The notes under the pieces are model-generated. The model did not search any database and had not been told where the DNA came from. It worked only from the letters and a program-made list of their open reading frames with translations. This document shows positions 52,438 to 64,000 of a DNA stretch of 64,000 bases, piece after piece. Position 1 is the stretch's first letter, and each line of letters opens with the position of its first letter. This stretch comes from Harriotta raleighana (lineage: Eukaryota): NCBI GenBank assembly GCA_050575255.1, contig JBNZDD010013707.1, forward strand, positions 4,980,233-5,044,232. The letters are read 5' to 3'. The translations under genes and the position numbers were made by a program.

Positions 52438-53778
52438 CTATAAACAGAAGACAAATTAAAATGTAGTTGGATATTTAGATCATAAATTCACAGGTTACAG
52501 AGCTTAATTTGTTTTCTAAAACACACTTGTGACAGAAACAATGAAAGACAAAAGTGCTAATAAACTTTCTGTGTGGAATTTGGAGACTGAAATATTATAG
52601 TTAAGGTATCCTAACTATAGTTGGGGTATATAATAGGGTATCTTCCATTATCTTCCATCTTCTGCTTTATGCCTTCACTCCCTAAAAATCTGGAATTTGA
52701 TGAATGTTAATCTAACACAAGGATGACATTGATTTCCGGAGTCAAAGGTGCTAATGCTCAATGAGACTGTGAATGGGACAAATGTGGTTTTCTAATTCAC
52801 ATTGTTATTGGGTTATTTTTTCCTATCCCATTTCAAAAAAAAATTCTATTTTACTATGAACAAACATTTTTGCTACTGCCAGTATAATCTTACTATGAAA
52901 AGTAATTTACTTTAGGGAATATAAGGGAGAAAACAAATCAATTAATCTTTTGGCTCCATAAATAATATAGATATTTTAAAAATTTGAAATTAATATATTT
53001 TTCAGATGAAATCAAGCAGTTGAAACGATGTTTTGAAATGATCAAATCATTCATTTAAACCAATTTTAATTTGGTAAAAGCATGTGATGAATTATATTAT
53101 ATGATCAGAAAGTATTTATTATTCAATAGTGATCAAGTTCTGTGTAGAAATTTTGCTTAAAACTTAAAATATAATTTGAATTTGGGCAACTTATCACAAA
53201 ACAAGAGCTGTAATGTAGCAGTAATATGCAGTTTGTCCTCTGATAAATAATGATTGTAAATCTGATGAATGTAACATAGGTGACAAAAGTTATGTTTTGA
53301 AACAAATATTTGCATTTTAAATGCAATTCTAAGCATAGATCGGAAACTGTTTTATTATTGCTTGATAGCTAATCATTTTTCTTTCAAAATATAGAGAAAA
53401 ACTTAGTTAGTTGAAAATCAAACACATGTTTTGAATGGGCTACTGCGACAATGAACTGACAATGTGTCCAGCTACTGTGGCAATGAATTGTCTTCTGATA
53501 CTTAATAAGTTTGTATTTATGTTAATCAAAGTTACTATTTGTTTCACTTCAATAGCATGACCCAACACTGTTAGAAAAAAAAACTGTGAAAGATAACTTA
53601 AAGTAGTTATTGCTTTCAAACTATTCTAATCTAAATTGTTAATAAGATGAATAAGAATGGACTAGGAATGTTCTACACTTGTTAGATGATGTCAGAGGAG
53701 GTTAATACTGAATATCTACACACTAACTTCAATGTGCAATAATTTGTGAATTTTTTCTTTAGGGGCATTCAAACATAC

Positions 53779-53843
53779 CATGCTTTGTTTCCCTGAATCA
53801 GTAAGCATGCAGGACGAGGAGGAGTGCTGCTGTTGCAAAGATC
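53779..53843 (-). CDS. SNCAIP: Putative SNCAIP frame-shifting cassette exon (synphilin-1A-type)
   Basis: 65-nt exon, cttcttctag acceptor and gtatg donor, phase 0-2, DLCNSSTPPRPACLLIQGNKA(W); same position and phase as the cassette giving the human synphilin-1A C-terminus. Confidence 0.7.
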
Positions 53844-55032
53844 CTAGAAGAAGCGAATGCTTATTCAGATCCACCAGATCAGAGAAAAGCCCCAGTCACC
53901 AAAGGGGAACACATGCAGTTTTTAAAAGAAGACTTTGTTCATGTGGATTGACTATTTTTTTTTAAAAAGAGGAAAACATAAGAAATTTAAGTGATTCACA
54001 TTAATTCCCCTTTCAGAAATTGAATAAACAAGTGGTTTCCTCCTTATTCACTGAGCAGTCGTGAGAACACAACAACACTTTGAGTTATTTAACTTGCAGC
54101 TGTACAAATACCATCTTATCCTCTCTTTCCTTGTCCAGCAGCTGTTGTATAGATACCTGTTTCACTAGAATTTTTGTCCTTTGAGCAATTAAAACTGCAG
54201 TGCTCCAAATGGCCCTTTGATAAAAATTAAAAGTAAAGTCACCATCAGAAGTTAATTACAAAAATAAATCACAAACCCCAACTTAGTATTGTTGATATAC
54301 AAAGCCTGTTCTCTTCCAGTTTAAGTAATCCAAGGATAATTCATTCAGAAATGATTAGGTCTATCTGCCATCAATCTGACCTTCACTACATTAGACTTAA
54401 ATTTCTTAAACTAAATTCTAGCAATATTAGAGTTGGGATTTAAATACAGATGAGGTATGTCAGTCCTAATATTGTCAGCCCCTGAATAATGGCTGAATTC
54501 CGGTGAAATTATGTTAGGGATCAAATATTTCAATACTGTAAGTGATTCTTTAGTATTTTAATATGCAGTATTCTTTTGAAGATCCAGGACAGACAAGATA
54601 GTCCAATGACCTTCTTCTGTGCTGTAAAGTTCTGTATCTGGTGATACAATTTTGACCTTATTGTATTAAGCATTCTTTCATATTGTATTGGGAGGTTGGG
54701 GGGCGGAGGGGGGCGAAGCTATACTGTGCTGATAGAGTTTTTTGGCAAATGGAAATCTAAAGCAAATGTTTTAACAGAAAAAACATAATTTCAAACAGAA
54801 AAAACACAAAACAAGATATGAAAAGCACCATATATAAAATATATATATAAAAAAACACAGATTGATAGATGATAGGTACATTTTCACATAGGGTCGTGCA
54901 ACTTTAAATAACTGATTTTGTTACCGACCCCATAGTGAACTCATTTCTTTGTAAAGAAACATAGCAGTGCTTTCCTGATGAAAAAATATTATCTATATCC
55001 AATTGTTCCTAATAAGCAAACACTGTAGAATA

Positions 55033-55712
55033 CAGTAAAACCTTGTTTATCTGGTACCCAACCGAATGGCATACTCAACCAACCAGTATCTCCCAATACA
55101 ATTCACTATTCCAGCAACTGGATCTCATACCGTAGCCATCTGGGACACTCTCGGCATGCTCACTTTGTGCATGCGCGCAATGAGTGCGCAGATAGAGCAC
55201 ATACGGCTTGCTGCATGTGGCGAAAATTGCTGCTGTTATCTGCTGGCGTATAGTGGCGGAGGCATGGGAGTTAGCAATAAGTTGACTGGAGACTACTTAA
55301 TACTTAAATAAAACAGAAGTATGTTTCATAAATAAATGTATACCTATTACCATTACTTTCATTGATAATTAATGATATGAATTTTTAGTATTAACATTAG
55401 CTTATCAAAAGTTACTGGAGGGCGCTCATCTGAAGGCTTGCCTAGGGCGCCAAATACCCTTGCACCATTCCTGCTTACCGGACCCTGAAATGCCTTTTTA
55501 CCAATCATTTTACCGAGTGTGCTGGAATGCTTTATTGATAAGTATCCATACAATATTCTGTTATTATTTAATCTATTATTAATATGGTATGTATTAAAAT
55601 GTTAATTTGGGGGGGGGGGGATTTTCAGCAACTTGCCATATGAATATCCGCCATATTTGATGAATCGGCACCGGTCAGGTCTTGAGGGTGCCGGATAACA
55701 AAGGTTTTACTG
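55033..55712. mobile_element. Tc1/mariner (Tigger/pogo-like) MITE
   Basis: ta|cagtaaaaccttgtttatctgg ... ccggataacaaaggttttactg|ta. Confidence 0.87.
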
Positions 55713-57140
55713 TATACAGATACAGTAATTAAAAGAAGAGCAAAAATTTTAATTAGGAATTTAATGCATTTTAAATAATTTTTAATGTGTGGTACATGTA
55801 AGAAGCACTTGCTACTTATATGTACTGCACATTAGCATTGCTGGATTGTTGATCAACAACAACACAATTATGTTTGTAGTGCCTTTTTGGAGGAGTTGGA
55901 CAAGAAGGGAGTTTGCGTCGTTGACCCTGGATGTTATGAACGCGTGTATGAACGTGGTTCTACAGTGTATGCTTCAGTAGGAGGAATTAGTTTAATATTT
56001 ATGTCAGCACTGCGATGTTTTGGTCTTGCACAAATCCGCAAAATGTCATGACATTGTAAGATCATAAAGAAAAAATGCAAATAAAAGTTTTGCCAGAATT
56101 CAAAATTCCATTCAAATAATAAACAAAATCAAACATCAAACACAGCTAAATGTTAGCCAAAAGATGTGAAGAACTCAGCAGTAAAACAGTGTTCTGGTGA
56201 AATGGTTATCATTTGATTGTTGTTCTTGTATTAATAATGAACTAGAGGGAAAAGGGATTGCGATGAATGAAGTTCTGCAACAAAATTAATTTTCTGTGGC
56301 TTGGAAATAAAGTAAATTCATCAATTTCAATAGCACAGAACTAAAGCAAGAAATAATCTGCATCCAAGTAAAAGGATTTAAAAAAATTAGTTAAAAAGAT
56401 TAATGTTATAGAAATGGCACGCATTTACTCTTTTTACAACGAGCGAAGTTGGCTACTGAGTAAAGCTTCCTCAACGTTGCTCAAAATGTCTTGAATGTCA
56501 ACCTCAGAAGAACAGAGGCATGAAGGTGTCCATTTCTTACCTCAATTTATTTCTCAGAGAAAATGTAGCCAGTGAGACACATGGGTCTTCAAAAGCTAAG
56601 GTTTCTGAATGTTTTGTGTATTCCATACAAAAAGCCCTTTGAGACATCTCAAAGATGTGATAAGGCGCTGTATCAAATGTAAGGATTATTATTATATTCT
56701 CAATAATAGTAGCAGTTTAAATGTGGAACATCAATCTTGGAACCATTCACCTGTTACTCATCTACCCTATACCATTTTTCTATTGCTAAAATTGTTAAAT
56801 AATATCATAACTAAATAAATAACATATTCTTTGTAATATACACACATACGATTTTTTTAAATTTTGATGTATGGGGACAAATTTGTTCTGTTGCATATCA
56901 AGTTAACATTATGTGATGAATATCACAAAGAACATGTTATCAAACACTGCAAAATTGCACCTCTATAGCTTTGTGTTTTACATGGGCATTAAAACCTTTT
57001 ATAAAGCACAGTACCAGAATATGCTTAAGATTATTCATTTATATTTCTTCACAATAAATCTACACAAAATAATAATTGGTACTGATTTTAAAGGCTAATT
57101 TAATTTAAATTATATGTAATAGCTTTTATACCACACTCAC

Positions 57141-58176
57141 TGTCTTGGTATTAACTTTTGTGGGAGTTAGAAGACTCGCTTTTGAACCTCCAGGTTTCTT
57201 TCCTATGGAATTCACTGGTAAATTAGGAGTGGATGTCATGATTAAATGAATGGCTTGTGAGTTATTGTTGTTCTGGTTACTGTTAATAGGTTCCACTGGC
57301 GATCGAAAATGTCCAACATAGCGGTTCCATTGGTCACCCATTTCTATACTATATGGAAACATTGCTTCACTTTCTGTGCCCTTCCCGTTATCTAATTCAA
57401 TTACTGTTTGCTCAATTTCCACCACGGGCTCCTCAAAGGTCACTCTTAGCTTTAAATTCTGGGAAGTTCTACTTTTTGAAGATGGTGACTTAAGAGCACT
57501 TTTAGGACTGTTTGTAGTTTTCTGTGTAGCACTGTCAGTATAAGGCAGAGGTTGTTCTTCAGTAGACTGTGTCCTGACAGGACTTCTTATCTGATGCTGA
57601 CAATCATAGCTTTCAGCAGTAGGGGAACAGCTTTGCTCGTCTGATGAACCAGAGCTTTTAGTGGCAAAAGGAAACATTCTGCCTACTGCTGAAGTGTGCT
57701 TTTTAATCATCAAGTGCAATTTTTCAGTGCATTCCTCTTTTTCAACAATGGGCTGTGGCCGTGGCTTGTCAACTTTTTTAATGGGAGAATTCTTCTGGTC
57801 TTCATTAAAATGGGAGTCAGTGTCTGACTCACTAGAGGACCTCTGAGAATATCTCAGTCTGCACAGTTTCAGTTCCCTTTTGTCTCTCAGGACCTTCCTT
57901 GTGGACCCTGCTACAACACTTGCCTCCTGCCCCTCCTGAAATTCCAAAGAAAGTTTTTCTTGCGTGGAGACATTTCCAGAAATCTCTTCTCCCAGGAGCT
58001 GTCGAAGAATTTTATCTGCTTCTTCGCCTTTTTGTTTCAGCGTGCCTCTCGTGACGATCTTTGACTTTCTATCGGTGCTGTAGGTTGCTGCTCCCCCATT
58101 TGGATTCCCACCAGCCATCTTTTGATCCCGCAACACATGAGCTGGTTTCTTACCGGTCTCTGGCGATAAAGAGGAA
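57141..58176 (-). CDS. SNCAIP: Synphilin-1 large C-terminal exon
   Basis: 1036-nt exon within ORF 57126..58214; acceptor ...acaaccag, donor gtgagt; motifs DKILRQLLG.EIS.NV.TQEKLSLEFQ, KRELKL.RLR, RPQPIVE, SPKSALKSPSSK.RTSQNLKLRVTFEEPVV, NQNNNN. Confidence 0.96.
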
Positions 58177-59279
58177 CTGGTTGTGGCAGAAAATGAACAC
58201 AACAAAAAAGGCATCAGAAGGAAAGTTCAAACATTTTGTTCACTGCTAAACAACCCCATCGACTTTGAGTTTTCTGAGCAAATCTGCAATGAACAATGCT
58301 CTAACTGTTTAGGAACAATGATATAATTAATGCCAATTTCCGTTTAAGAAAACAAAATTAAATTCTCACTTTTACCCACAAGTTAACAATTCATTCACCC
58401 ACAAATACACAGCCACTCCACTTCACAGTAAATACTGTGAAGCACTTTCCAACACGAAAGGCTCTGTTCCAAATACCAAACCAGGAATATTATTATGATT
58501 ATGATTATTATCTTTCCCCCTTTCATCCCTGGTACCCTCGCTTCCATGACTGTTTGTGGGACACTGCTGTGCGCAATTTGGCTGCCGCGTTTCGCCCACA
58601 AATATGCAGTCAACTTTTCCTACTTTTCTTCCCCTTCCCCCTCCCCCCACTTGACTGTACAGCGCCTTGGGACATCCTCCTGACGTGAAAGGCGCTATAT
58701 AAATATAAATAAATAAATGAATAAATGAATAAAATAAATAAATATTATTACTACAGCTGTATATTCACTGAATAAATTCTTGTTCTGAGTTGAAACTACC
58801 CATTATCTTTTCCATCCAGTCAATTTAAAAGCAAAGATTTTACCTCGCTGAGCTCAGAATTGCTGCACAGTACTACAAAGGGAATAAAACGGTATGAGAG
58901 AGGATTAGGGAGAGGGGATTAGGAGGGGTTAAGGCTCCTGTGAAGAGTAAACAGCAGTATGGACAAGTTGGACTAAATGGCCTGTTTCACTCTGTGCAGT
59001 TCTATATAATTTATAGATTGAAGTACCAGACAGAAAATGGACTTAAAAGCATCCAACAACAGGTATACAGAAACAGTAATAATTTCAATACTTACAACTT
59101 AATAAATTAGAAGCATTGAAATACTTTGAGATGCTATTGAATTCTGCAGATAAATTTACTTTGTACCAATAGTAATAACTGTAGAAAAAATAGGTTACTT
59201 GCATATCTCACAGAATCAGAAAATCACACATTTGAGTATCCGAGTCTCACATGCCTCAATCGGGTGAATTTTAAGAATC

Positions 59280-59540
59280 TTAATAATAATAATCTTTGCA
59301 TTTGATGTAGCGCTTTTCACATCTTCTAGACATCTCAAAGCGCTTCATAGAATATACTGTAAAGTGAATCAACGATATATTTGAGGGTGAAACGTGGCAG
59401 CCAATTGTGCACTGCAATGTCCTACAAACAGTTGTGAATTGAAATGACCAATTTTTTTGGGGGGAGGGATTATTATTAGGCATGTGGAGTAAGTAAACTT
59501 GCCAAGGTTTCGCTCTGACCTGCCTGGATTTGAACACAAG
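59280..59540 (-). mobile_element. tRNA-derived SINE, 5' truncated
   Basis: Tail, core and B box of the same family. Confidence 0.9.
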
Positions 59541-61370
59541 ACGTGGGGGGGCACTATATGGAATGAGTCAGTGGTCCAAAGTAATTGTACTTGTCCAGTT
59601 GCCACTTACAAATCAGCATTTGTGTCTGTTACATAAAACTCATTGCTTTAAATTGTCTCTGTCTTCTAATGCAAAGATCACAAATGCTACTAAGTGGTCT
59701 GCAAGACTGTTTCAAAATCAAGGTTTATTTATTCTGAGAATTCTGCTGATAAAATACTCCCTGAATCCCTTGAATGTAGAGCACAATAGTCTCTCCATTC
59801 AAAAATTGTGTCAAATTATTTGTACAGATGTTATAGCTATACATTTGGAAATTTATTAAACTCAGTAATCATTAATCTGTCTGAACAAGCAGATTTAAAA
59901 AAATAGAGTGTTCAAGCTCTAAAGTTTCATCCGGTTTTAAGTGGCTGTTGTACACATGGTGCATACCAGGTAACCTTAGAATCAAACTGGTTATTATAAA
60001 AGTAATCCTTAAAAAAAATTAGGCCACATGACTGATATAGTTACTGAGAATTGTAGCTCCTATGTATTCAGGGGATATGGGAATAGAAAATCTGATGTGC
60101 AAACTGTGGAGGAAAGTAGCAAAGCATGCCTCCCTTACTACACAGCAACGGGTTTGAATCAAAAAAAGACACGAGGGTTGAAATTCCAGTCAGCATTCTG
60201 TGTCATTACATTAATGGGACAACCTCTAATGGGACTACCCCATTATTTTCTTGTTCGATTACAGTAGAGTTGCTTATCGTCAAAGTCGTCTTAAGGAGCA
60301 TCAACTAGAATATCAGGCCTCTGACCAATCAGTTGAAAATCAGTCTGCACTATGTCAGGACTCGAGGCAGATCCCACTGTTCCAAAGCAATTTTCACAAA
60401 CTAATATGTGCTGGATTAATTGTAACTCCAGGTCTGCAAAATAGATGCCCATTTTCTCTCCTTTCGTCTCCTGAAGTCATTTTGGACTCTTATTTGCCTT
60501 TGACTTGAGTAATATTCCACAGCATCTTGCATTTTGCCCACAAAATACGCAGTCAATTCACTTCACATTATTCTGAGAACGCTTTGAGACATCTCAACAA
60601 TATGGTAAGGCACTATATCAAATGCAAGGATTATTATTGTCATTATCTCATGTAGCTTGTCCATTATTCATGTGTGGAAACTGACTTTGAGTACTGCCTG
60701 CCTATTGGACCACCGGAAGTATCACACCAAAATATAATCCAAATGATGAATGTAATCTGACTTTCTAACAAAATAAAAATGGTCAATATTATCTGATGAA
60801 AATCAGAAAAAAATGAAGATCGATCGAACCCTCATGATAAATAAATAAGGAATATTGAAACTGCTCTTGCTCTTAAAAGAAAATCAAGCCTAAGGAGAGT
60901 TTATTCGGCTCCAAATATTTTGCCCAAGTACAGTAGAGAAAAATATACTTAGAAATACAAGAATTCTCACAATCATGGACATTCTCAGATCCATCTCCCA
61001 GGTGTTAGAATCATCTGCTGGATTGTTTTACACAAATGAGCTGCATGTGTCTCCGGTTAGTGATTCCATTTACTTTAATAAGGTTAGGCACGTTGAGCCA
61101 GCTGTGGATTTGCTGGAGTTCCCTTGACGGAGGAAAACACAGTATCTCTGAGTATCCAACACTGCCCAGATGTCTCTGTGCTTTCCTTGGATTGGGAAAA
61201 TCTACGTACTAGATTTTTCCTAGTACAGGATAGCTAAAGGGAATACTTTGGAACAGAAGGAACTTCCTCTAGGTTTATTTCCCGTTTAAACAAGTATTTA
61301 GTGTGCGATTCAGAAAAACCTTCATTATTATTACAATGTTAGAGTTGCAGTTAAGTATATAAGCAGGTAC

Positions 61371-61466
61371 CTTGGAGATTGAGAATCTGATCCTTCTGCT
61401 GGTGTTGCCTGGGCTTGTAACAAATGCTGAAGTTGGTTTTGCAAAGTAATTCTCTCCGATGTTTGC
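61371..61466 (-). CDS. SNCAIP: Synphilin-1 exon (coiled-coil end)
   Basis: 96-nt exon, gcag/gtac boundaries, phase 2-2, QTSERITLQNQLQHLLQAQATPAEGSDSQSP, matching human QTVERVTLQNQLQQFLEAQ...; joins flanking exons in frame. Confidence 0.93.
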
Positions 61467-61697
61467 CTGCAAGCAGATGCACACACAGTAAATTGGGGGT
61501 TCTTTATTGGATTCTACTGAAGGATTTCAATATTAATTTGTGATGATATAAATATATAAATATTGAATGGATCCTTGACTGATGAAAACAGATGCCGAAA
61601 ACAAAAAAAAGTGGTTTCTACCTGGTCTTTAGATGGGAAATGCATTTTCTCAGCTTTCTGGCTCTATTGCTTCTGAATATACAATAGTTATATAATA

Positions 61698-62086
61698 CAG
61701 TAAAACCCCGTTCATCTGTGACCCGATCAACCGTGACCCGATTTAATTGCTCGACCCCTTCCCGGGGCAATTCCCCATTGCAGAATCGCGAGTTGGCTCA
61801 CTTTGCGCATGCGTGCAATGCATGCACATGCGCACTTAGTAAACTTATGCAAGTAAGTTTTAAAAATGTTGTTTTACCGATTTTTTCCTGACTCTGCTGG
61901 AATGCTTTATTGGTAAGTATCCACACAATATTCTGTTACTATTAATGTATTATTAACATGGTATGTTTTAAAATAAGTTAATTTTTTAGATTGGGTTTTC
62001 GGCGACTTGTCCCCCGTTTATCCGGCACCGTCAATTAGTCGACTCCCCCCCCCCCACCAGTGTGCCGGATAAACAGGGTTTTACTG
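61698..62086. mobile_element. Tc1/mariner (Tigger/pogo-like) MITE
   Basis: ta|cagtaaaaccccgttcatctg ... ccggataaacagggttttactg|ta; internal blocks shared with 55033-55712. Confidence 0.87.
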
Positions 62087-62804
62087 TATAATAATCCTTG
62101 AATTTGATATAGCGCTTTTCACATCTAGACGTCTCAAAACGCTTCACAGAATTTACTGTGAAGTGAATTGACTGTATATTTGTAGGCAAAATAAATAGCG
62201 CCTTTCACTGTGGGAGAACATCTAATGACTATATGCTTAAATATACCATAGATCTTTTTTTTTGTTTATGTACAATTCCTATGCAAGTCGTAAGGCGAGA
62301 TATGAAATCCAAGCATTATTATTGTTTCAATATGATCTTATCATGGCATCAAAATGTCTCAAGGCTCTTTCCAGGATTTACTATAAAGTACATTGATTGA
62401 ATATTTGTAGATATAACCAATTTACACATAGCAATGTGCGACAAACAAGTCTGAAATGAATAACCAATTTTATCTGGGGTTGCAGGAGAGTCTCAGGAGA
62501 ATTTGCCAGGATAGCAGGGCAGTCTCCCTTCTCATTTCAAATAGAGTCATATCTTTAACATCCACCTGACGAGGCAGCAATTTCACATCTCAAGCAAAGG
62601 ACAGCATGTCTGAAAATGCGGCGCTCTCCCAGGTTTGCATTGGTGTGTCAGCTGTGAGGTGTTTGAAGTTTCAATCTCCTCAGAAATGAGTGTTACCAAA
62701 TGAGTCGGGGTAACATCTGGCCTCAGGTGATTTGTTCAATGCAATGTAGACTATTTCCTTCTGATAACTGTTTCGGTTTGCATTTGGAAACACTTGTGAC
62801 TTAC

Positions 62805-62974
62805 TCTTTTAGCTGTTTTGTTAACTTTACCACTTGTGATGCCAGCGACATGCAGGTTTCGACAACTACCAGGTAGCGTGAGCAGGTGGTATGTCCAAGC
62901 CGCTCGGCACTCTGAGAAGGCTTCTCTCCAGCCTGATTCTGTACGGTAACATTTGCTCCGTATTCCACCAATGT
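62805..62974 (-). CDS. SNCAIP: Synphilin-1 exon (ankyrin repeat into coiled coil)
   Basis: AG/GT-bounded 170-nt exon translating TLVEYGANVTVQNQAGEKPSQSAERLGHTTCSRYLVVVETCMSLASQVVKLTKQLK(E), nearly identical to human synphilin-1 as I recall it. Confidence 0.96.
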
Positions 62975-64000
62975 CTAAACAAGAACATTTGAATAAAAAT
63001 CAGGGCGAACAACAGCAGAAATAATTCTTGTGTATAAAAAACATTAAGAAAAAATATATCGAGAAACAAAAAGGGGGGAATTGGAAGAGTAAGTCTTCTT
63101 TATTGGTTTTAAAAAAAACATCCTCTAATTTGATTCTTTTGAGCCAAAAGAAAATTTTATAGCAAGAAAACATATTGAACACTCTGAAAAATGTTGTGCA
63201 AAATACATAATTAATCAATAAAGTATTACTGTTTTAAAAAAAAGTAGCTAAAATGATATGAGGTTTACATCGTATTTTGTCTCGAAAGCAAAATGTATAA
63301 TTGTGATTTTATTAAATAGCTAATACAGTACTGTATTTTGGTTTTATGTCGATTCCACCCTCACATGGTCTCCTCCACTACGGTGAATAATTGAGGTTCT
63401 ATTGTATTGGATTATGATGTACTGTCAAATAAATAACATACGGATAATATACATTCATATTTATATCAAGCCAAAAATGTGGTGTGATTAGTGTAGGAGC
63501 TTTTACATGAATCAGAAAAGTACCTGAAGACAACTTAGATGACCATGTTGGGAAGCAACATGAGCTGCACTGTTGCCGAACTGGTCAACTTCATCCAAAG
63601 AAATCCCCTGTTCCTGCATATACTGTAGAAGCCACAGGAGTGTTTTTTCCTAATTTAAAGACCGCATCAACAATTTTAGAACAGAAATGCGTAAAGTGCT
63701 AAGAATCACAGTCGTTTCCTACTCCATGAGAACGTAGCAGTAGAAAAGATTGAACAAATTTTATAAAAATCTATCAAAATGGATTCTTAAAACTTTTCCA
63801 TAATAAAATCTAACAATATATTCCTTGGAGATGCAAAAACAACAACAAATTATATTTGTATAGTGCTGTTCATGTCAGGAGGATGTCCCATGCAGTAAGA
63901 AGAACCTACAGTTCAGAACTCTGCAAATATTTTCAGGTGTTGGCTATTTGACATATTGTAACAATGCATACTTAAACGTAAAATATTTAGGAGATAACTT

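Noticed and set aside
56435-56540. Short minus-strand frame KKWTPSCLCSSEVDIQDILSNVEEALLSSQLRSL* as a SNCAIP last exon
   Set aside because: No good in-phase acceptor, stop directly upstream, no similarity to known synphilin ends
1-64000. CRISPR array, prophage, operon or other prokaryote-type system
   Set aside because: The sequence is intron-rich vertebrate DNA with no regularly spaced repeat-spacer array or dense long ORFs

Overview
AT-rich, transposon-laden vertebrate genomic DNA. The tRNA/Deu-domain SINEs, L2, CR1 and Penelope-type remnants point to a cartilaginous fish, probably a chimaera such as Callorhinchus (inference). Two spliced genes lie on the minus strand. (1) The 3' half of SNCAIP (synphilin-1) has exons at 62805-62974, 61371-61466 and 57141-58176, a 65-nt frame-shifting cassette exon at 53779-53843, and a dual-frame terminal exon starting at 52437. 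(2) The 5' part of an unannotated-looking coiled-coil gene has nine phase-compatible exons from 36847 down to 6224 (two repeated further down, to 43); its N-terminus resembles FAM186A/B. An isolated MBOAT7 last-exon fragment sits between an N gap and a single N inside an L2 LINE and is probably a misplaced contig. Two near-identical tandem duplications (offsets 6181/6193 and 2729) each break at Ns within SINEs and are probably false duplications. Nearly all other listed ORFs are repeat-derived or spurious. I found no prokaryote-type system (CRISPR etc.). Protein identifications are from remembered sequences, not database searches.
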